A DNA stretch of 64,000 bases from Salinispira sp. Lineage in GTDB: Bacteria; Spirochaetota; Spirochaetia; DSM-27196; Salinispiraceae. A model generated the notes under the pieces. That model was not told the origin of the DNA and searched no databases. It saw nothing but the letters and a program-made list of their open reading frames with translations. Of the stretch, positions 20,527 to 31,163 are shown in pieces. The stretch spans positions 256,001-320,000 of the forward strand of contig CBDDDG010000021.1 of the NCBI GenBank assembly GCA_965226555.1. Reading direction: 5' to 3'. A program made the position numbers and the translations under genes. How positions within the stretch are numbered: position 1 is the first letter of the stretch; each line of letters begins with the position of its first letter.

Positions 20527-21899
20527 TGCTCATCTCCCGCGGGCGGAGCGGCTGGGGCGACGGAGGCAGCGGCTGGGGTGTCCGCGCCGGCATGGGCGGC
20601 GGAGACCTTGGGGGTGTCCGCGCCGGCATGGGCGGCGGAGACCTTGGGGGTGTCCGCACCGGCATCAATGTACACCCGCTCAACCCTGCTGCTGATTCCA
20701 CAGGTAATTTCATACGAAATGGTACCGCTTATCCGCGCCAGACTGGCGGCGCTTTCGCTTCGGGGATCAGGCCCGAAGAGAATGGCCTCACTTCCCAGCG
20801 CCCTGCCGGGTGAGGAGCCGAGGTTTACCATGCATTGATCCATGCAGATTGCTCCGACCTGCGGACATACCCTGCCGTCTATCAATACGGAGACCGTGTT
20901 TGATAATCTTCGTGAATAACCGTCTGCGTAGCCGACGTTAATTGTTGCAATCCAACATTCCCGTTCGCTTGTCCAAGTATGACCGTAAGAAATTGGGGTT
21001 CCGGCTGCCACCTTTTTTACGAAGCTCACATCTGCCCGCAGTTCCATAACCGGCTTGAATCCTTCGCCGAGCTGGGAGGCGGGAGGGGCTGGGGCGGCAG
21101 CCAGCCCGGCAGCCGAGACGGGGGCAGACGGCAACGCGGCAAGTCCACTCGGCGGATAGCCGTAGGCCGCTATTCCCGGTCTTATGAGGTCAAGATCATC
21201 GGCATGGTAGAGAATGCCGCCCGAGTTTGCGGCATGGATTGCGGTGTTTATTCCCGCTGCTTTCAGTTCTTTGCGCAGCTTTTTGAGTATTGCTGTTTGC
21301 TCTCCGCAGAGGGTGTCGGAGGCATTGTCGGCAAGGGGGTAGTGCGTGGCAATGCCCGCGAGGATAAAGGCCGGGTGCGCGTGTATTGCTTCGGCGAGTT
21401 CCCGAACCTCGGAAGGCGGGCAGCCGATGCGCCCCATACCGGTGTCGGTTTTTATGTGTACACGGAGGGCTTCCTCGGCGTTGGGGGGCGCGTGGGGGGG
21501 GTTGGCGGCGTTGGGGGGCGCGGTGCGGGGGTCATCAGTGCTGGCGCGGGGCGCGGTGAAGGTTTTGAGGGTTTCAGCAAGGCGGCGGAAGTGGGCGAGG
21601 TCGACAACAAAGGGTTCAATGCGGTAATGCCAGAGTTCGCGGAATTCTTCGGGCGATGAGATGGTGAACAAAAGTATGCGTGAGCTAATGCCCGCATTGC
21701 GCAATTCAGCGGCTTCGGAAATTCGTGAAACACCGAAGCAGCCCACCCCCATTTTCTCTGCTTCGCGGACGATGCGGACAGCGCCATGACCGTACGCGTT
21801 GGCTTTTACTGCAAGACAGAGAGGTTTCCCGCCGCTGCGCTTTTGGAGCAGGGCAATGTTGCTGCGGAAATTATTGAGGTGAATATATGCCCGTGTCAA
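20523..21899 (-). CDS. alr: Alanine racemase with low-complexity inserts
   Basis: VKANAYGHG, DTGMGRIG, GYADG, CMDQ. Confidence 0.93.
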   Translation of the reverse strand: MTRAYIHLNNFRSNIALLQKRSGGKPLCLAVKANAYGHGAVRIVREAEKMGVGCFGVSRISEAAELRNAGISSRILLFTISSPEEFRELWHYRIEPFVVDLAHFRRLAETLKTFTAPRASTDDPRTAPPNAANPPHAPPNAEEALRVHIKTDTGMGRIGCPPSEVRELAEAIHAHPAFILAGIATHYPLADNASDTLCGEQTAILKKLRKELKAAGINTAIHAANSGGILYHADDLDLIRPGIAAYGYPPSGLAALPSAPVSAAGLAAAPAPPASQLGEGFKPVMELRADVSFVKKVAAGTPISYGHTWTSERECWIATINVGYADGYSRRLSNTVSVLIDGRVCPQVGAICMDQCMVNLGSSPGRALGSEAILFGPDPRSESAASLARISGTISYEITCGISSRVERVYIDAGADTPKVSAAHAGADTPKVSAAHAGADTPAAASVAPAAPPAGDEQ

Positions 21900-21903
21900 C
21901 TAT

Positions 21904-23670
21904 TCACCTCGCCTCCGCCCGCCTGTGCGTCCCCGCCCGACCCCGCATCCGCCTGATAAGCAGAACCAGAGCGGCAACAATAAGAAGCAGCACTGCGAAT
22001 GCGGCGATAATTCTCGCAGGACCAATAATCGTAAGAATTATCAGCAGGCCAATTTTCGTTCCTTCAAACCATATGGGGCTCCAATCGCCATAAGACGGTG
22101 AAGCGCCATCGAAGGGCAGCGCCGCCCATGCCTCTCGTATAGGTGTAACAGGATCATCTTCCACCCTGCTGTCAAAATTGAAAACCATTGTGCTCCGCCT
22201 GTCCGTATCGTATACCGGCCACTCGCCAAGCCGCGGGGAGCTGGGGTCGCCCTGCCGGGCAAAATGTATCCAGGCGCTCTGCATATCAGCTGAAAAATCG
22301 ACATACCCTTCGGAATCCTTACCCATGTCCAGCAAAAGACGGGAAAGTCGGGTATCGAAATTTCCAAACATGAAGGGCAGATCCATGGTATGAGGACTGC
22401 CGAAACGGCCATTTTCGATATTCGATTCCGTTCGTAAGAGATAGAGCCAGATATCGTTCTTTTTTTCTGAAGCGCTCTCTGCGAAACGTATGGCGGGCAT
22501 GAGAAAGGATGTGTCCGAGTCAAGGGCAATTCCGATCTGGCTGTTTGTGTACCCTTCATAGAATGATCGGTAGGTATTGAGCATTTCTTCCGCCCCTCCC
22601 GCCGTCAGATGATTGAGCCAGTGCCTCCAGTAATTCAGAGGCAGCCTATCGAGAAAATCGCTTCGTGAAATCCAATATCTGACCTCATCCCGAGTTGAGC
22701 CGAGCATGACGGGTACCGGCGTATCCCCGTCAACAACAGCATCATGTTCCTTTTCAGTGAGGACGCTTCCATCTATTGTTGGCCCGAAGGCAATGAGCCC
22801 AAAGCGTATTTCCGACATCAGCTCCCGCTGAGCCTCAAGAAGTTCCGTCATTGACAATGCGCGCAGATCATTGAGCGATTCCGCCCCGGCAATGTCCATG
22901 TACTGAGCCGTAAGTTTCGCAGCATCCTCCGCCGGACGGAAAACATTCGGATGCCCACTCTGCATAATAACCCGATGAAAGAGACCCTGCGCTTCGTTGA
23001 GCTTCAGCAGGGCGCCGATGTTCGCAGCTCCCGCCGATTCTCCGGCAATGGTAATGTTGTCGGGATCACCGCCGAAATGCTCAATGTTTTCCCTGATCCA
23101 GCGCAGCGCAAGAATGATATCACGGAGTCCGTTGTTTCCGCTTCCGGTCTCTCCGCCAAACTGTGAGAGGTCGAGCCATCCGAAGATGCCGAGGCGGTAC
23201 TGAACATGCACCACAATAAGGTCCCCGTTCAGTGCGAGCGCATTCCCGTTATACACATCATCGCTGGCAGAACCGGAAGTGTTGGCGCCTCCATGTATCC
23301 AGACAAAAACAGGACGCGCAGCATCGCCATTCGAAGAACGCACAGCATCCGATTCAGGTCGGGTAATGCTCAGGGTGAGGCTGTCCTCACTCACAATATC
23401 GGGATAGACCATACCGGAAATTGTCTGGGCGCTTTTGAAGGAATGATTTTTCGCATCGAGAATGCCTTCCCATGCTCTTACCGGAATGGGAGCCGTGAAC
23501 CGCAGGTTGCCGACAGGCGGTTCAGCATAGGGAATACCCTGATATACCTCCAATCCGTTTTCACTGCGTCCGGCAATTCTACCGGAACCAGTTGTAACTT
23601 CAATTTCCTGCGTGTAGGCAGGCAGCAGTATCGCCATGAGCATAATACTATGGGCTATGAGCCGTTTCAT
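21904..23670 (-). CDS. Type-B carboxylesterase with signal peptide and C-terminal TM anchor
   Basis: SEDSL, WIHGG, GESAG. Confidence 0.9.
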   Translation of the reverse strand: MKRLIAHSIMLMAILLPAYTQEIEVTTGSGRIAGRSENGLEVYQGIPYAEPPVGNLRFTAPIPVRAWEGILDAKNHSFKSAQTISGMVYPDIVSEDSLTLSITRPESDAVRSSNGDAARPVFVWIHGGANTSGSASDDVYNGNALALNGDLIVVHVQYRLGIFGWLDLSQFGGETGSGNNGLRDIILALRWIRENIEHFGGDPDNITIAGESAGAANIGALLKLNEAQGLFHRVIMQSGHPNVFRPAEDAAKLTAQYMDIAGAESLNDLRALSMTELLEAQRELMSEIRFGLIAFGPTIDGSVLTEKEHDAVVDGDTPVPVMLGSTRDEVRYWISRSDFLDRLPLNYWRHWLNHLTAGGAEEMLNTYRSFYEGYTNSQIGIALDSDTSFLMPAIRFAESASEKKNDIWLYLLRTESNIENGRFGSPHTMDLPFMFGNFDTRLSRLLLDMGKDSEGYVDFSADMQSAWIHFARQGDPSSPRLGEWPVYDTDRRSTMVFNFDSRVEDDPVTPIREAWAALPFDGASPSYGDWSPIWFEGTKIGLLIILTIIGPARIIAAFAVLLLIVAALVLLIRRMRGRAGTHRRAEAR

Positions 23671-23764
23671 TTTTCCTCCTAATTATCACATTGTCGATTT
23701 ATGAGAAATTTTGTTGATAATTACAACTTTTGCTTGACGCAAAGTTTCTCAACTGTTACTATAC

Positions 23765-23791
23765 CAAAGTTTTGCAAAATGCAAAAGTTTC
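23765..23791. mobile_element. 27-bp palindromic unit
   Basis: CAAAGTTTTGC-AAAAT-GCAAAAGTTTC flanked by TATAC/TATAC. Confidence 0.7.
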
Positions 23792-23890
23792 TATACAACA
23801 ATCTCGGCAATAATGGTGAAAGCCGTCAGAATTTTTTCTGAGGCAAAACAATTATTAGCCACAGCAATTATTAGCCAAGGAGGCAAAATA

Positions 23891-25473
23891 ATGAAAATTA
23901 CATCATACAGTTGGGGGGGGTAACCCTTTTTATTCTCTGCTCAATATTTATTGTACTGATGGCGGGATGTCCGATGCCGGATGCGCCGCCTACAATGTCT
24001 GCGCCAGCCCTTGCTGCGGGAGACAGACAGCTCACTGCATCGTGGGCTGAGCTCGCCGCTATATGGAATGAGGTAAACAAAAAGGATGGCAAAAACACCA
24101 TTACCTCGTACAAATTACGCTATGGTGAATTTGGCAGTGGAATCTGGACGGAGATTAACACCGGTATTACCACAAGCCATACCATTACCGGGCTGACAAA
24201 CGGCGTCAATTATGCCGTTCAGGTACGTGCCGTCAACGCGGGGGGTGGGGGTGCGTGGTCAGCATCATCCACGGCAACACCTATTGCGCCGCCAACTGCG
24301 CCCCCTACCCCGCCGGGTACAATGGCTGCTCCAACCTTTGAAGTGGGGAATGGGTTGCTCATTGCCACATGGACTGCGCCAACCGATAACGGCGGCAGCC
24401 CCATTACCGGGTATGAGCTGCAATATCGCGCAGATGACATGGAGCCATGGATGTTCACGAGCTCCGGCATTACCTGCGCACGTAGCGAGGGGCAGGCAGA
24501 AGTCTGTCAATTTTCCTTCTCATTTTACCCTCCGTATATAGGCCACACCATTACGACAGACGGCGCCAGCTACCAACTGCGGGTACGCGCCGTCAACGCG
24601 CAGGGCAATGGCGAATGGTCTGCAACAGCAACAACAACGCTCCCTATTGTTACGGCAAAGCTTCCCGAGGGGATGGCAGCGGTCGCAATTCTTTCGGCTG
24701 AGGTTAGTACCATTATTGCCACCAATGATCTCAGCGTTTCTTTGACCACGGTAGAGTCTGGCACGTACGCGGTCGATGAATCGGGAGACATTACGATAAC
24801 CCCCGCAACTGCGCCCAATGGGGTCAACCCGCCGATTGTCGATTCGAGTACCGGACTTATTACGGTTGCCGCAGATACAACAGCAGGAACATATCTGGTA
24901 TACGGCAGTGACACCGGAAGCACAGACATATTGTTTGCTGAGTATTTTTACGTTACCGTGAGTCCTCAAGATAGTGATGCTAATAATGATGGCGGTAATG
25001 GTGAACTGAAAATGGCGGTAACTGAGGGAATATCAACCTATGGCAATACTGGCAATTTCAACTACATTATTACCACCGCAGTAAGGGATATGTCCTCTGT
25101 CTTCGCTAACAACACCGCATTCAATGGCGATGTCTCCGGCTGGGATGTCAGCACGGTAACGACTATGTACAAAATGTTCGAGGGAGCAAGCGTATTCAAT
25201 GGCGATGTCTCCGGCTGGGATGTCAGCTCGGTAACGACTATGTACAAAATGTTCCATAGCGCGGTAGTATTCAATCGCGATATTTCCGGCTGGGATGTCA
25301 GCACGGTAATGAATACAGTCATTATGTTTGGTAATGCAACCGCATTCGTTCAAGATCTTGAGGAGTGGGGGGAGCATCTTACGCTTGATGGCAGTGGCAA
25401 ATATACCGGAGCTAAAAGCACTATGTTTGGTAATTCCGGCGTAACAGGTAGTCTGGTGCCGTCATGGTTTTAG
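23891..25473 (+). CDS. FN3 plus DUF285 lipoprotein, frameshifted at a G8 tract in the signal peptide
   Basis: AAGGAGG then ATG 23891; G9 would give MKITSYSWGGVTLF...LMAGC. Confidence 0.75.
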
Positions 25474-26281
25474 TTTCATAGCCCATAACCCGCAGCGGTT
25501 AATGAAATGTTGCAATTCAACTCAGGCAGACGCGGGGCTGGTCGCGCCTGCTCGTCCAAGCGCATCCGGCTTGCATGCGTCCGGGATGTGGTGCACTTAT
25601 GGTTGCACGGTTGCACGGTTGCTCGCTCTTGCCCGTCCGGCGCCGGTCGCATAGTAAAATCCCATCCGAAAAAATCGAAAATTCTGCAAAATTTTCTTAT
25701 TACATCATCCACTATGCCCGCATATCCCGTCTATATGGTATGAGCGAAAAATATATCGGAATGGTACCACTCTGACCCACGAGCGCTCAATTTTCGGGCT
25801 ATCTTATGAAGTCAGTCGGATATCGCCATAGACGCGCTATCCCGCGCTCCCTGAGCGCGCCCGCCGCCGGAAACTGCTGCTCCTGCCTTAATGCCCGAAA
25901 CACCGAATACTCTCTTACCGGGCAATTCATATCAATCCACCTTTGAAAAACACAACATTCTTTCAAATTCTCTCAAAAAACACAGTCAAAAATGACATTT
26001 TACCCGTTATAGATGTAAGAGGAATATTTATGAAAAAATCATCCCACAGCACAGGACACATCCACGACATAGCCTTCAAGATCGCCTACTACAGAACCCC
26101 CCGTATGATTCCCGACCTGCTGCGGCTGTTCTGTGAGGATACAACGCTTGCCAAGCTGGACATGGACAAAATCCGCATTGAAAACCCCAGTTACATTGCA
26201 GGAAAAAAGAACCTTCACTGCGATCTCGTTGTCAGCGCCCCCTTCCTGTCAGACCCCGACCGAAAAGCTCTATTCATTACT

Positions 26282-26405
26282 GAAAATTTTGCTCCGCAAA
26301 ATTTTCAAATGAGGATTCTCTCATCTATACTCTTGATTCTCTCACGGTATAGAAAGTTTTGCCTTGGAAAATTGTGCAAGCACAATTTCCAGTAGCAAAA
26401 CTTTT
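26282..26405 (-). mobile_element. Diverged ~124-bp palindromic element
   Basis: Short and ~54-bp hairpins at the ends; degenerate flanks TTACT/GTATT. Confidence 0.7.
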
Positions 26406-26908
26406 GTATTGAGCATAAAAGCTACCAGCATAAACATGCTCTCACACAGATTGATGACTATCAATATGCCCTCAGAAACAGCAATGTGTACAATGAAAAT
26501 GATGCTATCTATATACTTCTGTTCTACCATGGAAAAAAGGAATGGAACCTCCCACTCACATTTTACAGTTCACATGGAAATGCTGCTTCCGAATCCATGA
26601 CTGAAGGCACAGTGGATGTCAGGGTGAAAGTGTCGTACATTGTGCGCGATCTGAGGAGAATGACAAAGAAGCAGTTGGCATTGCGCTCCGATGAAAAACG
26701 ATATACATCGACTGCATTGTGGTATATAATGCGAGACAATGAGATGGACGCTGAGGGGCTGAAAGAAATTGCGCAGCTCCTGAACGGTCTGTCATCACAA
26801 GACTTTGCTGATCTGGCAGAGAGTGTGCTAGGCTATCTGAAAGATTTGGGACTGTATGAGCAGTTTGAGAAAATTGACAGGAAACTATATCCTGAAGGAG
26901 AAAACAGT

Positions 26909-27220
26909 ATGCGGACATATAACATAACCAACGCCTTCGTCAGAGAAGGCATTGCGAAGGGCCGGATTGAGGGTCTTGAGCAGGGAATGGAGAGAGGTAT
27001 TCTGAAAGGCCGGGTTGAGGGTCTTGAGCAGGGAATCACAAAGGGCAGGGCTGAGGGCATGGAGAAAGGCCTGCAAACAGGCCGCGCGGAGGGGCATATT
27101 GAGGAGCGGAGAAAAAACGCTCGCAGTATGTTTTCCAAAGGATTTTCAGCCCATGACATTCAGGATGTTACCGGGCTGAGCGATGAGGAAATGCGCACAG
27201 TGCGGAACGGATCGCATTAA
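26909..27220 (+). CDS. Intact RpnS-like small protein (103 aa)
   Basis: GAAGGAG RBS before an in-frame ATG. Confidence 0.55.
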   Translation: MRTYNITNAFVREGIAKGRIEGLEQGMERGILKGRVEGLEQGITKGRAEGMEKGLQTGRAEGHIEERRKNARSMFSKGFSAHDIQDVTGLSDEEMRTVRNGSH

Positions 27221-27318
27221 TTGGCGTTGCAGGCCTGCTCGCCCAAGCGCATCCGGCTTGCCATGTGTCCGGGAGGTGGTGCACTTATGGTTGAATTCAC
27301 CAAGATTGAAATTTTTGA

Positions 27319-27347
27319 TTGACATAAGGCTTTTTATTAGGTAAAAT
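27319..27347 (+). promoter_or_regulatory. Sigma70-like promoter
   Basis: TTGACA-17-TAAAAT. Confidence 0.6.
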
Positions 27348-27440
27348 ACTCAGGAATTCTGTGATGTGTTGATGATTGCGGATCATGAATGTGTATGAGA
27401 GTTCCTGCAATGGTCTGAAAAAATTTGTTGGGGAAGTTCT

Positions 27441-28134
27441 GATGAAAAGTATAAAATACAAAGTTAGTAACGTTTTCAGAGAGCTTAAAGAACTCGGGAA
27501 TGAGAAAATGCGCGCGCTGGCTTCCCGGCGGGGCGCAGAGGAACAGTTTGGGGCCAATCTTGGCGACATCCGAAAAATTGCGAAAAAAATAAGAATCGAT
27601 CATGATCTGGCTCTGGAGCTTTGGGCGAGTAAAAATCTCGATGCCCGACTTCTTGCAATTCTCATTATGAAGATACAGAATCTCTCTCCCGCAGAGTTGG
27701 AAAAGATGATTGCTTCGCTCAGCTGTGTTCAGGAGGCCGATTGGTTTAATGCCTACATTGTCAGAAAATATCCTGAAAACGGACAATTCCGTGAGGACTG
27801 GCTGAACGCAGATAATCCCATGATCGCCCGTTCCGGTTGGGATCTCACTGCTGAGGGTATTCAAAAACACCCCGATGACTTTGATCCCTGCGGTCTTCTG
27901 GACCGCATTGAAGCGGAGATCTTATCGGCTCCCCCTGAAGCCCAATGGACTATGAACAATACTCTGGTTGCAATCGGTGTTAATGTGCCTAAATACCGGG
28001 AGCGGGCACTGGAAATTGGTGAACGAATGGGCCTTTACAGCGATTATCCGGTTTCACGGGGCTGTACATCTCCCTTCGCGCCTATCTGGATTGCCGAGAT
28101 GGTAAAGCGCCAGGAAAAAGACCGGAAAAAATAA
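27441..28134 (+). CDS. DNA alkylation repair (AlkD-like HEAT repeat) protein; start uncertain
   Basis: FGANLGDIRKIAK, LALELW, WTMN, GCTSPFAPIWI. Confidence 0.8.
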
Positions 28135-28194
28135 CCGGAAAACTTTTGACCGGAAAAGTTTTGAATAGAGCGGGCGCCATTCTCCCGCAGCAAT

Positions 28195-28557
28195 TTACCG
28201 CAGGGCTGTGCGGACAATGTCTGCTATTTTTTTCTCCGTGGGATCATCCAGCCCAGTGAGAAACCATGCGCTGGGAATGAGCTGATGCTCCTGATCCTTT
28301 GCTTTCTCCAAATGCGCCTTTTCCGTGATGCCGAAGGTGATGTAAGCATCACATCTGAAGAAACATATAACCGGACGCGATTTTTCCTTCGCGAAGCCGG
28401 GCATGCCGTACCATAATCGAGGCTTCAGCTCCGGGCAGGTTTCCATTATAATCTCGTACAAACGATTACAGTGCTGCCTGAAACGCTCGGGCATCCGGGA
28501 AATATTCTCATGTACTGCTGCCAAGTCATCAGATTTTTCTTCTTTTTTGTCGGACAA
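28195..28557 (-). CDS. DUF1801/YdhG-like protein
   Basis: PELKPRLWYGMPGFAK...ICFF; AGGAG RBS before TTG. Confidence 0.7.
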   Translation of the reverse strand: MSDKKEEKSDDLAAVHENISRMPERFRQHCNRLYEIIMETCPELKPRLWYGMPGFAKEKSRPVICFFRCDAYITFGITEKAHLEKAKDQEHQLIPSAWFLTGLDDPTEKKIADIVRTALR

Positions 28558-28602
28558 TGTTATTCTCCTACTATATGATATAATCCATATCGGTATGAAA
28601 CT

Positions 28603-30147
28603 ATGAATCAATTATCACTTCCAATTTCAATACATGAACTTATTCAGGGAACTATCGTGGAATGGGAGCGTATTGAATTTAAGGAAGGCTGGAATCCGGA
28701 GAATATTCTCCATAGCATCTGCGCTTTTGCCAATGATTTTCATAATCTTGGCGGCGGCTATATCATTGTTGGTATTGCGGAGAATAATGGAATACCGGTT
28801 TTACCGCCAAAGGGTTTAAACCAGAATCAGATGAATAAAATTCAGAAAGAATTACTGAACCTTGGCCATTCAGGAATTCGGCCAATGTATCATCCAATTT
28901 CTGTTCCTTATGTTATTAGCCAGCGACATATTCTTGTTATATGGGTTCCCGGCGGTGAAACAAGACCTTATCAATGCAAAGTCTCGCTTGCAAAGAACAA
29001 GAATCAATGGGAATACTATATCCGCATCCAATCAAGTACTATACCTGCAGTCAAACAGGACAAACACGAGTTACTTGGACTTGCCGCAACAGTTCCTTTT
29101 GATGATCGCTATTGCCAGACTGAGACTCTTGATGCTATTTCCAGCTCATTGATTGCCGATTTTCTTCATGAAGTAAAGAGTGATCTGGAAGTGGATGTGG
29201 ATTCTACTGATATTTCTGATGTGGCCGTGCAAATGAATATTGCGGGCGGTCCGGCAGAAGTCCTCTTCCCAAAGCATGTGGGGTTGATGTTTTTCACCTA
29301 TCACCCTCAAAAATATTTCCCCTGTACCCAGATCGATATTGTCTGGCTGCCGGAGGACGCCGGCGGAGATCGCATTGAAGAAAAACTATTTACCGGTTCG
29401 TTATCCAGTATGGTACGAGATGCTCTTAATTATATTCAACGGAGCTTTCTCCATGAGATCATACTAAAGCAACCTGGTCAGGCTGAAACAATACGTGTGT
29501 GGAATTATCCATTCTCCGCAATCGAAGAAGCCCTGATAAATGCGGTGTATCATCGAGCCTATGAAATAAGAGAACCCATTGAAGTTCGTATAACACCGGA
29601 AGAGTTAAGCATACTCAGTTATCCAGGCCCGGATCGCTCTATCAAGTTAAGAGATCTGATATCGGGAAAAGCCATTAATAGGCGCTATCGGAATCGTCGA
29701 ATTGGTGAGTTTCTGAAAGAGTTAAATCTCACCGAAGGTCGGGCAACAGGTATTCCCAAGATTCAGCGGGCGCTTAAAAATAATGGTTCCCCTGAAGCTG
29801 TCATTGAGACAGATGAAAACCGCAGCTATTTCCTGATCCGCTTCTCAATTCACCCAAATTCTGACCGCGCTCAGGAGCCTACCCAGCAAGTAACCCAGCA
29901 AGTAACCCATCAAGTAACCCATCAAGTAAAAAGGCTGCTGAAAGCATGCGCCGGTAAGAAAAGTAGAACCGAACTTATGAAACGGGTACGAATCAAAGAT
30001 AGGGTGAGTTTTTCAAAAAATTATCTGGTTCCCGCTATTGAAAATGAATTAATTAAACCGACTCAGCCGAATTCGCCCAAAAGCCCTACGCAGAAATATC
30101 AGCTTACCGATAAGGGTAGGCAAATACTGGAGAATACATCACAATAG
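28603..30147 (+). CDS. AlbA_2 (Schlafen-like) + HATPase_c_4 + HTH protein
   Basis: IEFKE, ICAFAN, GGYIIVG; EALINAVYHR; 12-bp QQVT repeats; SPTQKY. Confidence 0.8.
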   Translation: MNQLSLPISIHELIQGTIVEWERIEFKEGWNPENILHSICAFANDFHNLGGGYIIVGIAENNGIPVLPPKGLNQNQMNKIQKELLNLGHSGIRPMYHPISVPYVISQRHILVIWVPGGETRPYQCKVSLAKNKNQWEYYIRIQSSTIPAVKQDKHELLGLAATVPFDDRYCQTETLDAISSSLIADFLHEVKSDLEVDVDSTDISDVAVQMNIAGGPAEVLFPKHVGLMFFTYHPQKYFPCTQIDIVWLPEDAGGDRIEEKLFTGSLSSMVRDALNYIQRSFLHEIILKQPGQAETIRVWNYPFSAIEEALINAVYHRAYEIREPIEVRITPEELSILSYPGPDRSIKLRDLISGKAINRRYRNRRIGEFLKELNLTEGRATGIPKIQRALKNNGSPEAVIETDENRSYFLIRFSIHPNSDRAQEPTQQVTQQVTHQVTHQVKRLLKACAGKKSRTELMKRVRIKDRVSFSKNYLVPAIENELIKPTQPNSPKSPTQKYQLTDKGRQILENTSQ

Positions 30148-30216
30148 GCAGGCAAAAGATGCTGAACAGGTTCGCGCCCGTGTTGATTCTGGCGCCATGC
30201 CGATTCTGACTGAATT

Positions 30217-30897
30217 TCACAATATGCCCTCCTGCCGAAAGCTGTAGAAGTCCGTATTGCTGAATACAATATGGTCGACGACCTCTATGCCCAGTATGTT
30301 GCCGGCATCCTTGAGCCTATCTGTTACGTTTTTATCCTCCGTGCTCGGTTTGAGATTTCCGCTGGGATGGTTATGCGCAACTATTACCGAGGCGCTTCGG
30401 TTTTCGATGGCCGGCGCGAATACTTCCCGGGGGTGTACCAAGCTCCGGTTGAGCAGCCCCTTGGTAACAATTTCATAGTTGTTAAGTTCCCGGGCGCCGT
30501 TGAGGCAGAGCACGAAGAAGAATTCCTGCCTGCGGTCCCCGTAATGTCGAATACACTTCCATGCATCCTCCGGGCACCGCACCGGATGAAGACCGGGGGC
30601 GTAGCGGCGGCGTCCCAGCTCCAGGGCAGCAACAATCTTCATACTCTTTATGTAGCCCAATCCGTGGATTTTCTGAAGTATCTCCTGAATTCCAATGAGA
30701 TCGTAGGCAGTGTCATCAATAATCCGGCAGACCTGTTCCGAAACATCCATGACCCCCGAACCCTTCGCTCCGAAGCCGATAATAAGGGCAATGAGTTCAG
30801 CATCACTCAGGCTGTCTACACCGTTCGCGAATGCTTTTTCCCGCGGCTTTGCGTCCCCTTCGGACACGTGAAAATATTTGTTGTTTGTATCGCTCAT
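30217..30897 (-). CDS. radC: RadC/JAB family protein
   Basis: PREK, LSDAEL, VHPREVF, HNHPSG, DH. Confidence 0.92.
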   Translation of the reverse strand: MSDTNNKYFHVSEGDAKPREKAFANGVDSLSDAELIALIIGFGAKGSGVMDVSEQVCRIIDDTAYDLIGIQEILQKIHGLGYIKSMKIVAALELGRRRYAPGLHPVRCPEDAWKCIRHYGDRRQEFFFVLCLNGARELNNYEIVTKGLLNRSLVHPREVFAPAIENRSASVIVAHNHPSGNLKPSTEDKNVTDRLKDAGNILGIEVVDHIVFSNTDFYSFRQEGIL

Positions 30898-31106
30898 ACT
30901 ATAGAGACTGGTGAAAAGTAAACGAGGTCTTGATTACATACCTCAAAGTTTTGCAAAATGCAAAACTTTTTCCTATATGCTCCTTTTGCATGAAGAATTT
31001 TGCTATTTTTCAATCTTTTTTGTCAGCTTTCTTTCCTGAGCAGCTATATTGTCTGTAAATCGTCTGCAAATCGTCTGCAAATCATTCTAAAAATAATAAT
31101 AACCTA

Positions 31107-31136
31107 TTGACATATGATCTAAAGCTACTGTAAAAT
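31107..31136 (+). promoter_or_regulatory. Sigma70-like promoter of the glycan locus
   Basis: TTGACA-18-TAAAAT; three 11-bp direct repeats upstream (31051-31083). Confidence 0.55.
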
Positions 31137-31163
31137 ACGTAATCAATGTATCAGGAGTTAATT

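Larger units (their letters stand above)
26030..27220 (+). pseudogene. Rpn-family gene interrupted just before the IEHK motif
   Basis: HD, CDLV, IEHKS, LLFYHG and TGLSDEE motifs; both halves in the same frame; insertion at 26282-26405 carries a stop. Confidence 0.8.

Noticed and set aside
25476..25775. Small ORFs here and at 11815..12024
   Set aside because: Composed of intergenic repeats and an Rpn start remnant.
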